14,726 nt of DNA from Pseudomonadota bacterium (GTDB taxonomy: Bacteria; Bdellovibrionota_B; Oligoflexia; Oligoflexales; CAIYRB01): NCBI GenBank assembly GCA_031416315.1, contig JANOTL010000085.1:1-14726 (forward strand), in the 5' to 3' direction. Position numbers and translations under genes: made by a program. The notes under the pieces are model-generated. The model ran no database searches, was not told the origin of the DNA, and saw only the letters and a list, made by a program, of their open reading frames with translations. Below are positions 1 to 5,405 of the stretch, one piece after another; the stretch's first letter is position 1, and every line of letters begins with the position of its first letter.

Positions 1-327
1 CCGCTCGGCGACGACCCCGACGCCGGGACGCGTATGAGCATGATCCCGGCTAACGTCGAATCCGCCGACGACATCTTGGCCAATGGCGAGGTGAAGCGGA
101 TCTTCGAGACGCACCTCGTCGACTTCCGAGCCACGCTCAAAGACCGCGACCTCGAGATTTTCGACGCGCGGCTCATGGCGGAAGATCCCTTGACCCTTCA
201 GCAAGTCGGCGATCGTTATGGAATCACCCGCGAGCGCGCCCGGCAGATCGAGGCCCGCATCATCTCGAAGCTGAAGACCTTCGTTGAGAAGGGCGGCCTC
301 CTAGACGCAGAGGTCGTGCGCGGGTGA
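1..327 (+). CDS. rpoH: Sigma-70 family RNA polymerase sigma factor, RpoH (sigma-32)-like; 5'-truncated by the window edge
   Basis: Frame 1 is open from base 1 ([13 protein letters not shown]...). It carries the region 4 helix-turn-helix '[47 protein letters not shown]'. The 'IFxxR-xx[20 protein letters not shown]' pattern fits RpoH. Family assignment is confident; the subfamily rests only on the C-terminal part. Confidence 0.75.
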   Translation, partial: PLGDDPDAGTRMSMIPANVESADDILANGEVKRIFETHLVDFRATLKDRDLEIFDARLMAEDPLTLQQVGDRYGITRERARQIEARIISKLKTFVEKGGLLDAEVVRG

Positions 328-899
328 GGACCGTCGGGACGAAGGTCATTTTTTTGACGCTCGTCCTCGGGTTCGTCCTGAGCCTCGTGGCCGACCAGCT
401 GACGAAGTTCGCCGCAGAGAACGCTCTCCTCGGCGCGGTCGATCCGACCAACGCCGAGGTTTACGAGGGCAAGTTCGAAGACCTCGTCGTCATCGGCGAG
501 CGCCCGACTCCGGAGGCGCCGCATCCTTTTGCGCTACGCCTCGCCTACCTGCGCAACTACGGCATCGCCTGGGGCCGGCTCACCGACCTACAGCCCGACC
601 AGCGTCTCCCCGTTTTGTCGATGATCGCCATCGTCTCGGTCGTACTCGTCAGCGTCATGGTGCGCTCGTTGAAGTCGAAGACGCTCGCGGTCTATTTGGG
701 CGCTTCTCTCGTCGTCTCAGGAGCCGTCGGGAACGTCATCGACCGCATCCGCCTCGGCTACGTCATCGACTTTGTCGCGGTCGAATGGAACGTCTTTGGC
801 TGGGCCTACCGCTTCCCGACGTTCAACGTCGCCGACATCGCGATCACCGTCGGTTTCGTGATGATCGTGGTAAGTCAGCTGCGTCAGCGCCAGCGTTAG
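324..899 (+). CDS. lspA: Lipoprotein signal peptidase (signal peptidase II)
   Basis: Motifs [25 protein letters not shown] and FNVAD, including both catalytic Asp-bearing motifs. Four hydrophobic segments. The GTG start overlaps the sigma-factor stop (GTGA, 324-327). Confidence 0.95.
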   Translation: MRTVGTKVIFLTLVLGFVLSLVADQLTKFAAENALLGAVDPTNAEVYEGKFEDLVVIGERPTPEAPHPFALRLAYLRNYGIAWGRLTDLQPDQRLPVLSMIAIVSVVLVSVMVRSLKSKTLAVYLGASLVVSGAVGNVIDRIRLGYVIDFVAVEWNVFGWAYRFPTFNVADIAITVGFVMIVVSQLRQRQR

Positions 900-2950
900 G
901 GCGCCTTCAGATTCGCCCGGAGGCTCCCGATCCGTGACAAGGACGCCGTTCGCCGCGTATCCTCGCTCGCCTTCGCGCGCGCCTGCAGCTGCGCCGTGTC
1001 GGTCTCTTCGTAGGTATCCGCCGGCATTTCGTCGAGAAAGCGCGTCTTCCGTCGTGACGACCGGTTTTGTCCCGACGTCCGCTCGAGGCAATACGAAAGG
1101 ATGAGCCGCGACTTGGCGCGCGTCAGCGCCACATAGAAAAGCCGGCGCTCCTCGCAGACCGCCTTCGGATCCTGCGCTGAGTTTTTGTGCGGGATCAGGT
1201 CTTCCTCCAAGCCGACGACGAAGACGATCGGAAACTCGAGGCCCTTGGCCGCGTGGATCGTCATCAACGAGACGTGGTTCTTGCCTTGCTCCTCTTTCTC
1301 CCGCTGATTGCCGTCGAGCGTCATCACGTCGAGGAGCGCCTGGCGGTCGATCTCGCCGTCTTCTTCGAGGAGATCCTTCGCCACCGTCGCGAGCCAACCC
1401 GGCAGGCTGCGCAGGTTCGCGACCTTCCGGTCGCGCGAGCCGCCCTCTTCCGAGCGCTCGCGGATGTCCTGCTCCAAGTGCGACGCCTTGATGATCTCGC
1501 GGCCCAGCGCCTCGATGGCCTCGGGCGAAGAGAGCGGCATCCGGCCCAATTCCTCGATCATCCGCGCGAATTCCCGCGCCGACGCCTCCGATTTTCCGCC
1601 GCCGAGGCTCTCGTGCTTCACCACCGCGAACGGCGTCAGGTGCTTCACGTTGGCCAAGGTCTCGATCCGCTCGAGCGACTTCATCCCGATCCCTCGCTGC
1701 GGCGTGTTGATCACGCGCCACAGGGCCAAGCGGTCCTCAGGGTCGATCACGAGGCGGAAGTATGCGAGAAAATCTTTCACTTCCTTGCGCTCGAAGAAGC
1801 TTTGGCCGCCGTAGGTCTTGTAGTTGATCCGCGCTTCCCGCAGAGCCAATTCCAGGGGCCGAGCTAAGGCATTCGCACGGTAGAGGATGCCGATGTCCTT
1901 CGGCTGATGCCCCTGCCCGAAGAAAGACAGGATCTTCTGGGCGATGAAGTTCGCCTCTTTCGTCTCGTCCTCCTGCGGCACGAGCTCGATCGGCGCCGTC
2001 TCTTTCGAGGCGCTCCACAGCGTCTTCTCCATCCGCTGCGTGTTGTTCCTGATCACCGCGTTGGCGGCGCCGAGAATCACGTTCGAGCAGCGATAATTCT
2101 GCTCCAGCTTGATGATTTGAGCGCCGGGGAACATCTCCTGGAAGCGCTCGAGTACCGTGTACATCGCGCCGCGCCAACTGTAGATCGACTGGTCGTCGTC
2201 GCCGACGACGCAGACGTCGTGGCCGTCGCTGGCCATCAGCTCCAGCACTTTGAGCTGCGCCATGTTCGTGTCTTGGTACTCGTCGACCATCAAATAGCGG
2301 TACTTCGCCCGCAACGCCGCGCGCACGTGCGGGCTTCCCGTCAGCAACCGAACGCAGCGGTAGATGCAGTCGTCGAAGTCGATCACCCGGTTCAGCTTCA
2401 GCTGTCGCTCGTAGAGCTCGTAGACTGCGGCAAGGACCGCCGTGTCTTCGACCCGTACGCCCTCCGGAAGCTTCTCCCCTTTCAGGAGGTCCTCCGGGCT
2501 GACGAGGTAATTCTTCAGGGTCGAGATCTGGTTGTGCATCCGGTCGGCGTCGTACTCTCCCGCCCAGTGCTTCTCTTCGAGCGCCTTCCGCACGAGGTCG
2601 ATCTGATCTCCAGTACCGATCAGGCCAAACTGCTTCGCAAGCCCCGCGTCCTCTGGATAGGTCCGAAGGATCGACAAGCAGAAGCTGTGAAAGGTCCCAA
2701 GCCAAAGCTTCTTGGCGCGGCCCTCGCCGACCAAGGCTTTGACCCGCTCTGTCATCTCCCGCGCCGCCTTGTTCGTAAAGGAAAGCGCCACGATCTCGCC
2801 GGGTTGAATCCCAGCGCCGACCATGTGCGCAATCCGGTACGTGATGACGCGGGTCTTCCCCGTCCCGGCGCCGGCCAGAATCATCATCGGGCCGTGCGTT
2901 CTGCAGACCGCAGCGCGCTGCTCAGGATTGAGATCGTCTAGGCGAACCAT
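896..2950 (-). CDS. rep: SF1A ATP-dependent DNA helicase, UvrD/Rep/PcrA family (Rep-like), 684 aa
   Basis: All motifs present: AGAGTGKT, FTNKAAREM, TFHS, VDEYQDTN, VGDDDQSIYSWRGA, LEQNYR, ILYR, TIHAAKGLEF, EERRLFYVALTRA. Family is certain; rep versus uvrD/pcrA is less so. Confidence 0.85.
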   Translation of the reverse strand: MVRLDDLNPEQRAAVCRTHGPMMILAGAGTGKTRVITYRIAHMVGAGIQPGEIVALSFTNKAAREMTERVKALVGEGRAKKLWLGTFHSFCLSILRTYPEDAGLAKQFGLIGTGDQIDLVRKALEEKHWAGEYDADRMHNQISTLKNYLVSPEDLLKGEKLPEGVRVEDTAVLAAVYELYERQLKLNRVIDFDDCIYRCVRLLTGSPHVRAALRAKYRYLMVDEYQDTNMAQLKVLELMASDGHDVCVVGDDDQSIYSWRGAMYTVLERFQEMFPGAQIIKLEQNYRCSNVILGAANAVIRNNTQRMEKTLWSASKETAPIELVPQEDETKEANFIAQKILSFFGQGHQPKDIGILYRANALARPLELALREARINYKTYGGQSFFERKEVKDFLAYFRLVIDPEDRLALWRVINTPQRGIGMKSLERIETLANVKHLTPFAVVKHESLGGGKSEASAREFARMIEELGRMPLSSPEAIEALGREIIKASHLEQDIRERSEEGGSRDRKVANLRSLPGWLATVAKDLLEEDGEIDRQALLDVMTLDGNQREKEEQGKNHVSLMTIHAAKGLEFPIVFVVGLEEDLIPHKNSAQDPKAVCEERRLFYVALTRAKSRLILSYCLERTSGQNRSSRRKTRFLDEMPADTYEETDTAQLQARAKASEDTRRTASLSRIGSLRANLKAP

Positions 2951-2968
2951 GGGACCGCTAGACTCAGC

Positions 2969-3325
2969 TCACTGGGCGAGGAAGTCCAGGAGCTTCTGCT
3001 TGTTCGCGGCACTGATCGTCTTCGGGGTACGCGGCATGAAGCTCGCGTCGGTCGCCGCAAGGGCCATGCGGGACTTGGTCAACGCGGCCGACTCTTTGAA
3101 GTTGGCTTCGTTGTCTTCGTAGATCTTGCTCGCGGCGCCGGTCGTGCCATGGCAGCCGGAGCCCGTGCACGACTCTTTGATGATGGGCGCGACGTCCGAG
3201 AATTTGATCGTCGCGGTCGTGCTGTCACCCTTGTCCGCATCGTCTTTGCTGCCGCAGCCCACGGCAACCGCAACTGCCGCCAACGTCAGAATAATTCCGC
3301 GAGATAGGATCGCCGAGCGCGTCAT
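2969..3325 (-). CDS. Putative lipoprotein monoheme c-type cytochrome (118 aa), CX4CH heme motif
   Basis: ATG at 3325 preceded by AGGAGG. Signal peptide with lipobox AVG-C24, then a polar linker, then 'FSDVAPIIKESCTGSGCHG', a distal 'FMP' (Met97) and a C-terminal helix 'NKQKLLDFL', the layout of a class I cytochrome c. Confidence 0.75.
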   Translation of the reverse strand: MTRSAILSRGIILTLAAVAVAVGCGSKDDADKGDSTTATIKFSDVAPIIKESCTGSGCHGTTGAASKIYEDNEANFKESAALTKSRMALAATDASFMPRTPKTISAANKQKLLDFLAQ

Positions 3326-3333
3326 GACCGATG

Positions 3334-3339
3334 CCTCCT
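3334..3339 (-). promoter_or_regulatory. Shine-Dalgarno AGGAGG of the lipoprotein cytochrome gene
   Basis: cctcct on the + strand, 8 nt from the ATG at 3325. Confidence 0.8.
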
Positions 3340-3369
3340 GAAACTGAGCCTGGTACGGGATTCTTGAGC

Positions 3370-3376
3370 TACTATA
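3370..3376. promoter_or_regulatory. Candidate overlapping divergent -10 elements: TACTAT (+, 3370-3375) and TATAGT (-, 3376-3371)
   Basis: Short AT-rich patch in the 58-bp gap between divergent genes. Both hexamers keep the TA---T core. No convincing -35 element. Confidence 0.4.
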
Positions 3377-3383
3377 GCAGACG

Positions 3384-3956
3384 ATGACGCAATCCGATCT
3401 TTCCAGCCAACTTCCGTCCCTCGTCGCGGTGCTGCTGATTTTCGGGCATTGCCTGGGACTTGCGGCCGAATGGCGCGTGCATCGTCGCAACTGGGGCATC
3501 CTCCAAGAGCACGGCGCCGCCGCCCGCCGTCAGCGCCTCATGTCGCTGTTCTACGGCCTCACCCTCGTGTCGGTGCCGCTCCTCGTGGCCTACGGGATCT
3601 ATGACGACGCGCGTCCCGGCCCGACCGAACTCATGCTTGGTCTCGGTCTCATTGCCTTGAGCCAAGCCCTTCGCCGCTGGGCCATTGCGTCCCTCGGCGC
3701 TTATTGGACGATGCATTTGATCGAGGTCGAGGGCCTTCGGCCGCTCAACGTCGGACCGTACCGCTGGCTGAAAAGTCCCGAGTATATTTCGCGCGTTAGC
3801 GAGCTCGTCGGCGTAACCCTCGCTACGGGCTCGTATTTTCCGGGAATCATCCTGCTCTACGCCCTGTCGGCCTTGGCCCTCAGGGCTCGCAGCTCGGAAG
3901 ACGCTTTGCTCTATCAAGCAGATCGAGTAAGTTCCCGCGGCCTACCAAATCCGTAA
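3384..3956 (+). CDS. Isoprenylcysteine carboxyl methyltransferase (ICMT) family membrane protein, BpsB/SrsB-like
   Basis: Several transmembrane segments. 'AEWRVHRRN...GA', 'QALRRWAIASLGAYWT' and 'GPYRWLKSPEY' correspond to the family pattern LRxW...LGxxW...GPYxxxRHPxY. Confidence 0.8.
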   Translation: MTQSDLSSQLPSLVAVLLIFGHCLGLAAEWRVHRRNWGILQEHGAAARRQRLMSLFYGLTLVSVPLLVAYGIYDDARPGPTELMLGLGLIALSQALRRWAIASLGAYWTMHLIEVEGLRPLNVGPYRWLKSPEYISRVSELVGVTLATGSYFPGIILLYALSALALRARSSEDALLYQADRVSSRGLPNP

Positions 3957-3968
3957 GGAGAACCCTTG

Positions 3969-4331
3969 ATGAGCTTCATGACCGCCCTTGTCGCCACGGC
4001 CTACGCCCAAGATGCCGTTCCCGCGGGAGCCGCGCCCAAAGGCCCGTCGATGGTCGAGATGCTCGTCATGCCGCTCGGCTTTCTCGTCATCATGTACCTC
4101 TTCGTCATCAAGCCGCAGCAGAAGCGCGCAAAGGAGCATGAATCGCTCCTCACGAACTTGAAAGCCGGCGACGAGGTCGTCACCTCCGGCGGCATCATCG
4201 GCAAAGTCCGTTCGGTCGCCGAGTCGTTCGTGACGCTCGAGGTCTCGCAGAATACCTCCCTGAAAGTGCTCAAAGCCAACGTCCAAGCGCTCGCCAAGGC
4301 GCCGACGCCGGCCAAGGAAGCGGTGAAATAA
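3969..4331 (+). CDS. yajC: Preprotein translocase subunit YajC
   Basis: 'IMYLFVIKPQQKRAKEH..LL..LKAGDEVVTSGGIIGKV' is the YajC signature. The SD AAGGAG (3955-3960) overlaps the upstream TAA. ATG at 3969; the in-frame TTG at 3966 is an alternative start. Confidence 0.95.
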   Translation: MSFMTALVATAYAQDAVPAGAAPKGPSMVEMLVMPLGFLVIMYLFVIKPQQKRAKEHESLLTNLKAGDEVVTSGGIIGKVRSVAESFVTLEVSQNTSLKVLKANVQALAKAPTPAKEAVK

Positions 4332-4332
4332 T

Positions 4333-4350
4333 CGCCGATGTCCTTCGGCG
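4333..4350 (+). other. Perfect 6-bp stem-loop CGCCGA-tgtcct-TCGGCG just after the yajC stop; no U-tract
   Basis: Inverted repeat at 4333-4338 / 4345-4350. Possibly an mRNA-stabilising or pause hairpin. Confidence 0.35.
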
Positions 4351-4365
4351 CCTGCGCCCAGGGTC

Positions 4366-4374
4366 TGCTACGAT
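4366..4374 (+). promoter_or_regulatory. Candidate extended -10 promoter TGcTACGAT upstream of the outer-membrane barrel gene
   Basis: Fits the TGn-TAnnnT pattern, ending 33 nt before the ATG at 4408. Confidence 0.4.
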
Positions 4375-4407
4375 GATGGGGAACAGCTCGTCGGGAGTGA
4401 CCCCACC

Positions 4408-5403
4408 ATGGCGCAGGCCCTGATCTTTTTGGCCGCACTTTCGTGTTTCTTCGTCTCGGCTTCCGCGAGCGCCTTCGACGCGCGCCCGATCCCGAACGAA
4501 TACGAAGCGACCACGGGAACCGGCCTCGCGCTGAACAACACGGGTGCGGCCGCCACTGACGCGCATGCCGCCGTGCGGGTCAATCCCGCGCTCCTGTCGA
4601 CCGAGCGTGCGTACAGCCTGAACGCCGGCTACCACTGGCCCACCTCGGGCCGCGACTTTTACCAAGCCGCCGTCGTCGACGGGAAAACCAACGCAGTCGC
4701 CGCCGGGGTCTCCTATACCGGTTACACCGAAGACTACGACCCTAAGGAAAAAGAGCTGGTCGCCGGCGTCAAATCCGGCGAGGCCAAGGACTCCCCGGTC
4801 GTCCGCCGCGGCGTCATCGGCGTCGGGCAGGCCTTCGGGCGGATCTCCGCCGGCATCGGCGCGACCTACGTCGAGTCCCACGCCATCGTCGAGGGCGATG
4901 CCGACGTCAAAGGCGTCGGCTTGAACCTCGGCGTCGCCGGCGCCATCACGCCCGAGCTGCGTTTCGGCGCCTCGCTGGAGAACGCCTCCAGCCGCAAGAT
5001 CCGCGACTACGCGCCCCGCACGATTCGCGCCGGCATGGCTTACTCGTTCAACGAGAACGTCATGGCCTACCTCGACTTTCGCCAGCGCGATCGCGTCTTC
5101 GCGCTCGAAGCACCGGAGTGGACCCTCGAAGACTCCGCGATCGAGCGCAAGGCCCAGCGCGAAGAGCTGGAGAAAAATCCGGAGCGCATGGCCTTCGCCT
5201 CCGTCTCCGCCCGCGTCTACGACTTCTTTCGGCTGATGGGTAGCTACGGACAAAGCGTCGGCGACATCGAGCGTCGCGCCCTGTCTGGCGGTGCCGCCGT
5301 CGTGAACAAAAACTTCAGCCTGACCTACACGGCTTCGCGACCCTACATGGCGCGCTCGACGGCGCACCAAGCAGTGAGTCTCGGACTAGATATGGCGATG
5401 TAA
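4408..5403 (+). CDS. Hypothetical outer-membrane beta-barrel protein, FadL/PorV-like (331 aa)
   Basis: Sec signal peptide ending ASA. N-terminal 'GLALNNTGAAATDAHAAVRVNPALL' resembles the FadL/PorV hatch motif ending in NPA. Many amphipathic strands (YSLNAGY, ISAGIGATY, LNLGVAG, LRFGASLEN, IRAGMAYSF) and a terminal strand AVSLGLDMAM. Confidence 0.65.
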   Translation: MAQALIFLAALSCFFVSASASAFDARPIPNEYEATTGTGLALNNTGAAATDAHAAVRVNPALLSTERAYSLNAGYHWPTSGRDFYQAAVVDGKTNAVAAGVSYTGYTEDYDPKEKELVAGVKSGEAKDSPVVRRGVIGVGQAFGRISAGIGATYVESHAIVEGDADVKGVGLNLGVAGAITPELRFGASLENASSRKIRDYAPRTIRAGMAYSFNENVMAYLDFRQRDRVFALEAPEWTLEDSAIERKAQREELEKNPERMAFASVSARVYDFFRLMGSYGQSVGDIERRALSGGAAVVNKNFSLTYTASRPYMARSTAHQAVSLGLDMAM

Positions 5404-5405
5404 AC

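Noticed and set aside
717..2941. Long alternative-frame and antisense ORFs over the helicase (717-1721, 1187-1867, 1737-2705, 1907-2941)
   Set aside because: Arg/Pro/Gly-rich or antisense shadows with no family motifs; expected where high GC makes stop codons scarce.
896..2950. Helicase as part of an anti-phage system (e.g. Gabija GajB)
   Set aside because: Full-length housekeeping Rep/UvrD architecture, no adjacent nuclease or ATPase, and no island signature.
3326..3499. 58-aa N-terminal extension of the cytochrome ORF in the track
   Set aside because: It overlaps the divergent gene. The ATG at 3325 has a strong SD and gives a proper lipoprotein signal peptide.
4333..4356. Hairpin after yajC as an intrinsic terminator
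   Set aside because: No U-tract follows on either strand, so it is kept only as a generic stem-loop.
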